A DNA stretch of 64,000 nucleotides from a virus (lineage: Duplodnaviria; Caudoviricetes). The stretch covers positions 84,057 to 148,056 of the IMG/VR virus record IMGVR_UViG_3300030376_006203; one strand, given 5' to 3'. This document shows, one piece after another, positions 57,156-64,000 of this stretch. Position 1 is the stretch's first letter. Each line of letters starts with the position of its first letter. The notes under the pieces were generated by a model. The model was not told where the DNA came from, did no database searches, and saw nothing but the letters and a program-made list of their open reading frames with translations. Both the position numbers and the translations under genes were made by a program.

Positions 57156-57186
57156 CTTGACATTTGACAAAGAGTGCTTATATAAT
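57156..57186 (+). promoter_or_regulatory. overlapping sigma70 / alpha-RpoH-like promoter of dnaK
   Basis: CTTG-N17-CTTATAT and TTGACA-N18-TATAAT. Confidence 0.6.
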
Positions 57187-57224
57187 TTACATAACAATAA
57201 ACTCGCTTAAAAAGGAGAACTAAA

Positions 57225-59141
57225 ATGAGTAAAATAATAGGAATAGACTTGGGTACAACCAATTCGTGCGTTGCTTTGATGGAAGGTAAGGACGCAAAGG
57301 TTGTTGAAAATACAGAAGGAGCAAGAACCACTCCAAGTGTGGTTGCGTTTACAGACTCTGAAACATTGGTTGGAATGCCTGCTAAAAGACAAGCAGTGTC
57401 CAACACATCTAACACAATATTTGCGGCAAAACGTTTGATTGGTAGAACATTTGAAGGTGATGCTGTACAAAAAGATATTAAGACACTTCCTTACGAAGTT
57501 GTGAAAGCAGACAACGGTGATGCGTGGGTTAAAGCCAACGGCAAAAACTATGCTCCATCAGAAATTTCTGCTTCAGTATTACGTAAGATGAAAGAGACAG
57601 CAGAGAAATATTTGGGTCAAGAAGTTAAGAAGGCAGTTATCACAGTACCTGCTTACTTCAATGATAGCCAACGTAAGGCTACAAAGGACGCAGGGAAAAT
57701 TGCTGGACTTGAAGTTGAAAGAATTATAAATGAACCAACAGCGGCGGCATTGGCATACGGACTTGACAAGAAAAAGTCAGGCACGATTGCTGTGTATGAC
57801 CTAGGTGGTGGTACATTTGATATTTCCATATTAGAATTAGGCGATGGTGTATTTGAAGTTAAGTCCACAAACGGTGACACAACACTGGGTGGTGAAGACT
57901 TTGATGCTACAATCACTGATTATATCATTAGTGAATTTAAAAAGGATCAAGGAATTGATCTTGCTAATGACAAGTTGGCAGTACAACGTGTGAGAGAGGC
58001 GGCTGAAAAAGCCAAGATAGAACTTTCAAGCACAACTCAGACTGATATCAACTTGCCGTTTATCACAGCAGACAAGACAGGTCCAAAACACATCAACATG
58101 AAGATGACAAGAGCCAAACTAGAAGCATTGGTTGGTGACCTTGTGGCAAAAACACTTGCTCCATGTAAACAGGCATTGAAAGATGCTGACGTAAAAGCAG
58201 GTGATGTAACAGAAGTAGTGTTGGTTGGTGGTATGACTAGAATGCCAAAAGTGTTTGACACAGTCAAAGAATTCTTTGGTAAAGAACCACACAAAGGTGT
58301 TAACCCAGATGAGGTTGTGGCATTGGGTGCCGCAATACAAGGTGGTGTGCTACAAGGAGATGTCAAAGATGTCTTGTTGTTAGACGTTACACCATTATCA
58401 CTAGGTATTGAAACATTAGGCGGAGTAACAACCAAATTGATTGAGAAGAACACAACAATTCCTACAAAGAAAAGTCAGGTGTTCTCAACAGCAGAAGACA
58501 ATCAAGCGGCTGTTACCATCAGAGTAACACAGGGTGAACGGGAAATGGCGGCTGATAACAAGTTGCTGGGTAACTTTAACCTTGAAGGTGTTGCTCCTGC
58601 TCCAAGAGGTGTGCCTCAAATCGAAGTAACATTTGACATTGACGCTAACGGTATTGTGAGTGTGGGTGCTAAAGACAAAGGCACAGGCAAAGAACAGAAG
58701 ATCACAATCAAAGCAGATGGTGGACTTTCAGATGAAGACATTGAGAAAATGGTTAAAGAAGCAGAAGCCAACAAAGAATCGGACAAGAAGAAAAGAGAGT
58801 TGGTAGAAGCAAAAAATCAATCTGAAACATTAACACATCAAATTGATAAACAACTCAAAGAACATGGCGACAAGATATCTGAAGAGGAGAAGAAAGCAAT
58901 TGAAGATGCCAAAACAACTTTAATTGAAGCAACCAAATCAGATGATGTGAGCAAGATTCAAGAAGGAATCAAAACACTCACTGAAGCATCAATGAAGTTG
59001 GGTGAAGCAGTTTACAAACAGGCACAACAAGAACAAGCACAAGAACAAGCACAACCTGAACAAAAGGAAGGTGCTGATGAAAATGTTGTAGATGCTGACT
59101 TCAAAGAAGTAGATCCAAAAGAAGAAGAAGACAAGAAATAA
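57225..59141 (+). CDS. dnaK: chaperone DnaK (Hsp70)
   Basis: [46 protein letters not shown]. Confidence 0.98.
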   Translation: MSKIIGIDLGTTNSCVALMEGKDAKVVENTEGARTTPSVVAFTDSETLVGMPAKRQAVSNTSNTIFAAKRLIGRTFEGDAVQKDIKTLPYEVVKADNGDAWVKANGKNYAPSEISASVLRKMKETAEKYLGQEVKKAVITVPAYFNDSQRKATKDAGKIAGLEVERIINEPTAAALAYGLDKKKSGTIAVYDLGGGTFDISILELGDGVFEVKSTNGDTTLGGEDFDATITDYIISEFKKDQGIDLANDKLAVQRVREAAEKAKIELSSTTQTDINLPFITADKTGPKHINMKMTRAKLEALVGDLVAKTLAPCKQALKDADVKAGDVTEVVLVGGMTRMPKVFDTVKEFFGKEPHKGVNPDEVVALGAAIQGGVLQGDVKDVLLLDVTPLSLGIETLGGVTTKLIEKNTTIPTKKSQVFSTAEDNQAAVTIRVTQGEREMAADNKLLGNFNLEGVAPAPRGVPQIEVTFDIDANGIVSVGAKDKGTGKEQKITIKADGGLSDEDIEKMVKEAEANKESDKKKRELVEAKNQSETLTHQIDKQLKEHGDKISEEEKKAIEDAKTTLIEATKSDDVSKIQEGIKTLTEASMKLGEAVYKQAQQEQAQEQAQPEQKEGADENVVDADFKEVDPKEEEDKK

Positions 59142-59179
59142 CAATTGACAGAAGTTTCCTTTTGTTGTATTATAGTAAT

Positions 59180-59419
59180 ATGATAGGCAAAAGGAAAACT
59201 TCGCAATTCAAAACAGAAATAGAAGCCACTGTTAGAATCACAGTAGATCATAATCAAACATTCACAGAACAACAAATACTAGACGAATTTTCAACTAATG
59301 TGTCTGAAGATTTTCACCAAGTAATGAGTTCCGACTCGCAACATCTTCAACCTACTCAAGTCACTGTAATGAGTGAGAAGGTGATTAAGAGTAACGGAAT
59401 AGATGTTGAACTAGATTAA
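59180..59419 (+). CDS. hypothetical protein
   Basis: ATG right after TTGACA...TATTAT promoter. Confidence 0.5.
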   Translation: MIGKRKTSQFKTEIEATVRITVDHNQTFTEQQILDEFSTNVSEDFHQVMSSDSQHLQPTQVTVMSEKVIKSNGIDVELD

Positions 59420-59652
59420 ATTTTTTCTGGTACACCAAACTCTGAGAGGTGATCTTCTCTTACACAATAAACCATCTCAATAGGTTTTGGTCCAAAATGT
59501 CCAGCAATGTTCATTCTGATACTATCAGCATTGTAGGTAACATAGAGTTGGCACTCTTGTACAGTATTAAATTCAGGCTTGTCGTACCAGAACATATCTT
59601 GAGTTCCGTCTGCGTATGCTCCCATCATTAAAACTATTATAAACCATTTCAT
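59416..59652 (-). CDS. small secreted protein (F.T..EC motif)
   Basis: Hydrophobic N-terminus; FNTVQEC...YC; TAAATA upstream. Confidence 0.6.
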   Translation of the reverse strand: MKWFIIVLMMGAYADGTQDMFWYDKPEFNTVQECQLYVTYNADSIRMNIAGHFGPKPIEMVYCVREDHLSEFGVPEKI

Positions 59653-59723
59653 AATAGTATTTAGATATAAGGATAGAGAAGTTATGTGGTCTTTTTAGTA
59701 TACCACCTATGCAGAAAATTAAG

Positions 59724-60035
59724 TTATGCTTTTAATTGTCCGTCTAATTGTAAACCTTCTAGTTCAAGTGGTTTACCTTTTGGATAAGAAGGTTCTATTT
59801 GAAACTCTTCTCCTGTCTCGTCGTTCTTACAACCAGCAATTAACCAATCATATTGAAAGTTCATATCGTTTACAAACTCCCATAATACATCATAAGTTTT
59901 TCTGTCTGGATCTTGTTTAAGAAGTTCTGTTTTACATTCTTCCATTGTGTCGAATGTTTGTTGCATTTGAAATGTCTTTTGTGTTTCAATTGGTGATTGT
60001 CCTATCAAATATGCTAGTATTAAAATTTTGTACAT
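59724..60035 (-). CDS. small protein (F.T..EC motif)
   Basis: FDTMEEC...GC, similar to the neighbouring ORF. Confidence 0.6.
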   Translation of the reverse strand: MYKILILAYLIGQSPIETQKTFQMQQTFDTMEECKTELLKQDPDRKTYDVLWEFVNDMNFQYDWLIAGCKNDETGEEFQIEPSYPKGKPLELEGLQLDGQLKA

Positions 60036-60316
60036 TATTTGTTTTCCTCTTCCATTTGTTCGTCTAATTGTTCGAACTCTTCTGTCATATCACTAGAATC
60101 AAGTTCTTTGTTTTCTTTCTTTAACTTGTCGCACTCTCCTGGAGCAAACATACAGCCTAATATCTTACCAATAGATCCACCATATAGCAGTATATTATTT
60201 GTAGGCTCTGCTTTTGTGTTCACACTGGGTTTGGCACAACTACTGATGCCTATTCCTATCAATATCAATATAAGAATTAATATTATTGCTGTATCTAGTC
60301 TTTTGTTCATGTTCAT
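60035..60316 (-). CDS. putative lipoprotein
   Basis: Hydrophobic stretch followed by ISSC. Confidence 0.55.
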   Translation of the reverse strand: MNMNKRLDTAIILILILILIGIGISSCAKPSVNTKAEPTNNILLYGGSIGKILGCMFAPGECDKLKKENKELDSSDMTEEFEQLDEQMEEENK

Positions 60317-60334
60317 ATTTATTAAATACATACA

Positions 60335-60505
60335 ATGCATAAATTAGTATTATTATTCATGTTTACTATTATAATAGGTTGTGCTCCAAAAGTCAAATAC
60401 TCTTTTACACTGCCGATACCAATCACTTATGATGAGGAAAGAATGGTGCATGACAAATATCCAATTGAACCAGTAGAAATAAGAGAACTTAATGAAACTA
60501 ATTAA
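60335..60505 (+). CDS. small putative lipoprotein, 56 aa
   Basis: Manual translation MHKLVLLFMFTIIIGCAPK...; TAAATA upstream. Confidence 0.5.
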   Translation: MHKLVLLFMFTIIIGCAPKVKYSFTLPIPITYDEERMVHDKYPIEPVEIRELNETN

Positions 60506-60671
60506 AAAATTATACAACGACTTTGATAGAGCATCAGAAAACAAAGAATTTTATGACAGATACCAAATATTTTTTAAAGGCAAGTATGCCAAACCAAATG
60601 CAGTTGTGGAGCATATGGAATTTGATTATGTACCAAAAATTGTTAAAAAACTGTTGAAATTAGGCTCTTGA
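60492..60671 (+). CDS. small hypothetical protein, 59 aa
   Basis: Manual translation MKLIKKLYNDFDRASENKEF... Confidence 0.45.
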   Translation: MKLIKKLYNDFDRASENKEFYDRYQIFFKGKYAKPNAVVEHMEFDYVPKIVKKLLKLGS

Positions 60672-60696
60672 CTTTGGTAGTAATATTTGTTATAAT
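60668..60696 (+). promoter_or_regulatory. sigma70-type early promoter
   Basis: TTGACT-N17-TATAAT. Confidence 0.65.
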
Positions 60697-61034
60697 CAAA
60701 TTAATAGGAAAGGTGCAATGAAAAAATTACCAATACGTAAACCAAAAAACAAAAAAGAACGTGTTGAGTGGAGTTGCTTAGGCACTATTGCTTTCGCATT
60801 CGTTCTTTTTGTAATAGTGGTAACAATATTGTGTTTAGGATCTTGATAGATTTTTTACAACATATATTGTATTGGATCATAATAGGTTCAATTACTGTTT
60901 TATTTGTAATGTTTTTATTCGGAGCACTAATTATGGATCTACTGATGGAACTATTTGGTAGAATAACTAGGTCATTTAAGAAAACAAATGAATAGAGCCG
61001 ACCTAGGCCATATTTAATATTATCCTCATAGAGG

Positions 61035-61138
61035 ACCGGCAACACACCGACAGGAAGGTGCATGGGAGAGAACCCAGTTGCTTAAGAGTTTGGAGTTGGT
61101 GGCGATTGCGCCAACTCCCCTTAGGTAGCATTGCCGGT
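61035..61138 (+). ncRNA. unassigned GC-rich multi-stem structured RNA
   Basis: Closing stem ACCGGCAA/TTGCCGGT enclosing CACC/GGTG, TGGG/CCCA, GTTGCTTAAG/CTTAGGTAGC and GGAGTTGG/CCAACTCC. Confidence 0.5.
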
Positions 61139-61155
61139 AGATGATATATATAGGT

Positions 61156-61761
61156 ATGAAGGATACTTTTACCGCAAATTTCCAAACACAAGGTTTTATA
61201 CAAGCCACACTAGACTCTCAAGAACTAGAACCCATTCAAAAAGAAATAGACAGTATTCAACAAGATTTTGATTCTGCTGAAATAAATGATCTAGGCAATG
61301 CCAGTAATTTAAAAAACGAATTCCATCTACAGGATTGTTTGGAACACATTGAACATTTGATTAATCCTTTATGCCAAAAGTATTGTGAAGTTTATGCTTT
61401 CGGAGATAGAACCAAGCATTATACTCTTAGAGATGCTTGGGTAAATTATCAAACCAAGCACGAATACTTTGGCACTCACACTCACCATGGTGAATTCAGT
61501 TTTGCTTTGTGGATCAAAGTTCCTTACACTCAACAGCAAGAACAAGAATTTGTAAATTATCAAGGCAGAAATATTCAAAGACTGCCAGCATTTAACTTTC
61601 ATTACACAGATGCCTTAGGCACTATTAGAAATCATATCATACCAGTAGACAAATCATTTGAAGGTAAATTAGTATTGTTTCCTGGTAGCATGAATCATTC
61701 TGTAACTCCTTTTTACACATCGGATGAATACAGAATAACAGTGTCAGGCAATTTAGTTTAA
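61156..61761 (+). CDS. 2OG-Fe(II) oxygenase
   Basis: AWVNYQ, HTHHGEFSF, LFPGSMNHSV.PFY, RITVSGN. Confidence 0.85.
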   Translation: MKDTFTANFQTQGFIQATLDSQELEPIQKEIDSIQQDFDSAEINDLGNASNLKNEFHLQDCLEHIEHLINPLCQKYCEVYAFGDRTKHYTLRDAWVNYQTKHEYFGTHTHHGEFSFALWIKVPYTQQQEQEFVNYQGRNIQRLPAFNFHYTDALGTIRNHIIPVDKSFEGKLVLFPGSMNHSVTPFYTSDEYRITVSGNLV

Positions 61762-61762
61762 T

Positions 61763-61838
61763 GCCGCTTTAGCTCAGTTGGTAGAGCAACTGATTTGTAA
61801 TCAGTAGGTCCGCGGTTCGAATCCGTGAAGCGGCACCA
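61763..61838 (+). tRNA. tRNA-Thr(TGT)
   Basis: Cloverleaf, GTTCGAATC, encoded CCA. Confidence 0.95.
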
Positions 61839-61844
61839 CACACT

Positions 61845-62042
61845 ATGAAGAACAACATTATCAATTTAAAGAAACATCCTGTCTACATTAAGAAAATGAT
61901 TAAAGGTAAAACATTAAATTTGTTTGGTGCACCTATATCTGAGGAAACAATTATTCAGTACTATGAAATATTTGAAAAGTCTTTTATATCAGAGAAGCAA
62001 TCAGCAGATAACCTGCGAAGTGTAGATTTTGATCAACAGTAG
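61845..62042 (+). CDS. hypothetical protein
   Basis: 65-aa ORF; overlaps a convergent gene. Confidence 0.4.
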   Translation: MKNNIINLKKHPVYIKKMIKGKTLNLFGAPISEETIIQYYEIFEKSFISEKQSADNLRSVDFDQQ

Positions 62043-62349
62043 TTGCGACCCAATACCATTTGCCTTCCATAGTCCAGTTGTTGCGTTTAACCAAAGTGCT
62101 TTTTACAAAATCAATATGGTGATGTAAGACAGCATCCAGCAAAGCCAAACTGATAGCCAACAAATAATTTGTAAAGAATATTAAAACAAGCCAAGTACCT
62201 ACACCGTGATGTATGGAATGAAGTAATGCTTTGGGAGATGAATAAATGTGCTTGTGACTGGGACGACAATATATTGCTTGTAGAGCCAAATCACAAACAC
62301 CGTGTTTGATGGCTAACAAAAATAATACTATAACAGTTTCATAAAACAT
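61984..62349 (-). CDS. DUF3307-like membrane protein
   Basis: KH..CDL.LQ, HS.HH, HHHIDFVK, DQNLH. Confidence 0.75.
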   Translation of the reverse strand: MFYETVIVLFLLAIKHGVCDLALQAIYCRPSHKHIYSSPKALLHSIHHGVGTWLVLIFFTNYLLAISLALLDAVLHHHIDFVKSTLVKRNNWTMEGKWYWVATTVDQNLHFAGYLLIASLI

Positions 62350-62561
62350 TAAAATACACACGCCCATTGTCCACCAGGTTGTGCGTGGTCTTTTACTGAT
62401 CGTAGAATAGACCTAGGACTTTTATCTTTGCTCTCGCTGTCTGAATCGGATTGAGTCTTTTCGGATTTTGTTTCTACGGATACTTGCGGATCGAATCTGC
62501 AGTCCTTGATAGCACAACCTGTTAACAAAATCAAAATGGATAATAGAACAATCATCTTCAT
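62349..62561 (-). CDS. small lipoprotein
   Basis: Lipobox LTGC. Confidence 0.6.
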   Translation of the reverse strand: MKMIVLLSILILLTGCAIKDCRFDPQVSVETKSEKTQSDSDSESKDKSPRSILRSVKDHAQPGGQWACVF

Positions 62562-62609
62562 ACTTAATATAATATCAATCAATAAAATAATCAAGCAGAA
62601 AGTTTGCCG

Positions 62610-63065
62610 TTATGCTTTTAGGATTCCTTTTTTGATTAATTTCTTTTTGTTCTTGATGTGTTCTGCTTCAACTAAACTTTTGTTTTGTCCGTAGTATTGA
62701 ACAGCATAGCCTTCGGTACACATTTTTAAATTAAGATTAACACCGTCAGCAAATATTTCTCCTAGTATTCTACCAAACTTTCCTGTTTCAGAACCTTTGT
62801 GAGTTTTGATTGTAAGTTTCTTTGCTTTTTTCAATGCTTGTTTGAGATATTCTTTTGATATTAAACCGCGAACTTTTTCTTCTTTGTTTCTAGTTCTTGA
62901 TTCTGGAGTATCAATTCCGAATAATCTCACTCTGCTTTGATATTTGATATCAAATCCCATGTCCAATAACACATCAATTGTGTCACCATCAACTATCTTT
63001 GTAATTTTATTGATTCTATAACTGAAGTCAGTTGGATCGCCTAGTGCAGGACCTCGTCTTGGCAT
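62610..63065 (-). CDS. thermonuclease (SNase-like) family protein
   Basis: IVDGDTID, RVRLFGIDTPES, GKFGRILG, EGYAV.Y. Confidence 0.9.
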   Translation of the reverse strand: MPRRGPALGDPTDFSYRINKITKIVDGDTIDVLLDMGFDIKYQSRVRLFGIDTPESRTRNKEEKVRGLISKEYLKQALKKAKKLTIKTHKGSETGKFGRILGEIFADGVNLNLKMCTEGYAVQYYGQNKSLVEAEHIKNKKKLIKKGILKA

Positions 63066-63066
63066 A

Positions 63067-63246
63067 TTATATTGTCCAATCTTTTAATTGTTGCTTGGTA
63101 GGTTTCATAGGTTTACATTTTTCAACCTTGCCACCTTTTGCTAGAAACTCTTTCATTTTAGCATCCAATTCTCTTTGCTTTTCAGCAGGTGATTTTTCCA
63201 TGTCTCCTGCCACGTATGCTCTATTAATTCCCATGTGTCTTGGCAT
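63067..63246 (-). CDS. second SutA-like (EFLAKGGKV) protein, 59 aa
   Basis: Manual translation MPRHMGINRAYVAGDMEKSPAEKQRELDAKMKEFLAKGGKVEKCKPMKPTKQQLKDWTI. Confidence 0.65.
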   Translation of the reverse strand: MPRHMGINRAYVAGDMEKSPAEKQRELDAKMKEFLAKGGKVEKCKPMKPTKQQLKDWTI

Positions 63247-63488
63247 TATAAATTACCTTCCCATTTGCCGTAAGTATCTTTTTTCTTTCTGGCTTTTTTC
63301 TTTTTTGCTTTTTTCTTTTTCTTCTTTGGTGCTTTACCACCTACCCATGCTTCATTATAGTTTGGAGTAGATTTGTCATCGGCTTTGTATCTGCCTTTTG
63401 ATCTAGCACGTTTAGGTTTCACTTCCCATTCTGGTTTTAACATAAGGGTAGTGTTCATTTTTATAAGTTTTTTAATCCAATTAAACAT
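63246..63488 (-). CDS. basic phage protein
   Basis: RAR.KGRY.ADD.STP..NEAWVGGKAP plus a Lys-rich tail. Confidence 0.65.
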   Translation of the reverse strand: MFNWIKKLIKMNTTLMLKPEWEVKPKRARSKGRYKADDKSTPNYNEAWVGGKAPKKKKKKAKKKKARKKKDTYGKWEGNL

Positions 63489-63510
63489 ACAGTTTATTTA
63501 CCTTTCATGT

Positions 63511-63585
63511 TGGAGCGGGTAATGGGGTTCGAACCCATGACCTTCTCGTTGGCAACGAGACGCTCTACCACTGAGCTACACCCGC
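63511..63585 (-). tRNA. tRNA-Gly(GCC)
   Basis: Cloverleaf with CCA. Confidence 0.95.
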
Positions 63586-63610
63586 CTTTTTTGTATGTAT
63601 TATACAAAGT

Positions 63611-63684
63611 TGGACACACCGGTGAGAATCGAACTCACATACAAGGATTTGCAATCCTCTGCGTAACCATTCCGCCACGGTGTG
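63611..63684 (-). tRNA. tRNA-Cys(GCA)
   Basis: Cloverleaf, U73 discriminator, CCA. Confidence 0.93.
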
Positions 63685-63685
63685 T

Positions 63686-63760
63686 TGGCGGTCCCACGGG
63701 GAATCGAACCCCGCTTTCATGGATGAAAACCATGTGTCCTAACCGATAGACGATGGGACC
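63686..63760 (-). tRNA. tRNA-Glu(TTC)
   Basis: Cloverleaf with CCA. Confidence 0.93.
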
Positions 63761-63763
63761 GGT

Positions 63764-63839
63764 TGGCGGTCCTTACGGGAATCGAACCCGTGATCTTCCG
63801 CGTGACAGGCGGACGTGTTAACCGCTACACCAAAGGACC
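63764..63839 (-). tRNA. tRNA-Asp(GTC)
   Basis: Cloverleaf with CCA. Confidence 0.95.
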
Positions 63840-63840
63840 T

Positions 63841-63914
63841 TGGCTGGCCCACAAGGACTCGAACCTCAAACCTCGGTACCAAAAACCGGTGTGATACCAT
63901 TTCACCATGGGCCA
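63841..63914 (-). tRNA. tRNA-Gln(TTG)
   Basis: U1-A72 acceptor, CCA; one C-A mismatch at the top of the anticodon stem. Confidence 0.88.
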
Positions 63915-64000
63915 ATAAAGACAGTATACAATGGATCTGTGACAAAGTCAAGACTTGACAATTTTTATGAAATGTAATATATTAATAATTACGTGATGTG

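Noticed and set aside
57151-57180. Possible CIRCE operator before dnaK (GAGTGCTTA resembles the right arm)
   Set aside because: No TTAGCACTC left arm at 9-nt spacing.
55490-59141. groEL, dnaK, rpsU and hemA as evidence of a bacterial chromosome
   Set aside because: Their usual operon partners are missing, and they sit among phage orphan ORFs and phage-type promoters.
61035-61138. Assignment as a cobalamin/SAM riboswitch, SRP RNA or tRNA
   Set aside because: The diagnostic conserved motifs were not found by eye, so it is left unassigned.
63841-63914. tRNA-Gln as a pseudogene because of a C-A mismatch in the anticodon stem
   Set aside because: A single terminal mismatch is tolerated; the other arms and the CCA end are intact.

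Overview
This AT-rich, densely packed 64-kb window is best read as part of a large T4-like (myovirus-type) phage genome rather than a bacterial chromosome. It carries an ATP-dependent DNA ligase, class Ia nrdAB plus glutaredoxin, many short orphan ORFs, sigma70-type early promoters, TAAATA late-type promoters and six tRNAs. Several markers point to a marine alphaproteobacterial host, plausibly SAR11-like: a permuted two-piece tmRNA with a GGCAGUA T-loop, ALA synthase, an alpha-type DnaK, DUF1178 and RpoH-like promoters. Host-type modules include a lysine 6-dehydrogenase-like/ALDH7/2OG-dioxygenase operon, heme oxygenase plus a PcyX-like bilin reductase plus ALAS, a proteostasis/translation set (tmRNA, bS21, ClpP, ClpS, Hsp20 with a ROSE-like leader, GroEL, DnaK), six 2OG-Fe(II) oxygenases and an orphan SpeD. 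The most striking locus (37.0-47.0 kb) is a late-promoter-driven, stripped-down type I secretion-like apparatus. It comprises TolC, a short HlyD and an ABC membrane domain with no ATPase, flanked by a 1299-aa FecR/retention-domain-cadherin protein with a GC-rich C-terminal tip and a CHASE2 adenylate/guanylate cyclase. Other notable signals are two C-A9-G -1 frameshift candidates, a cluster of proteins with T4 capsid-targeting-like N-termini (including a KxDG ligase-like and pol-beta nucleotidyltransferase pair), two SutA-like proteins and an unassigned structured RNA. All family calls come from motif recognition by eye; no database searches were run.
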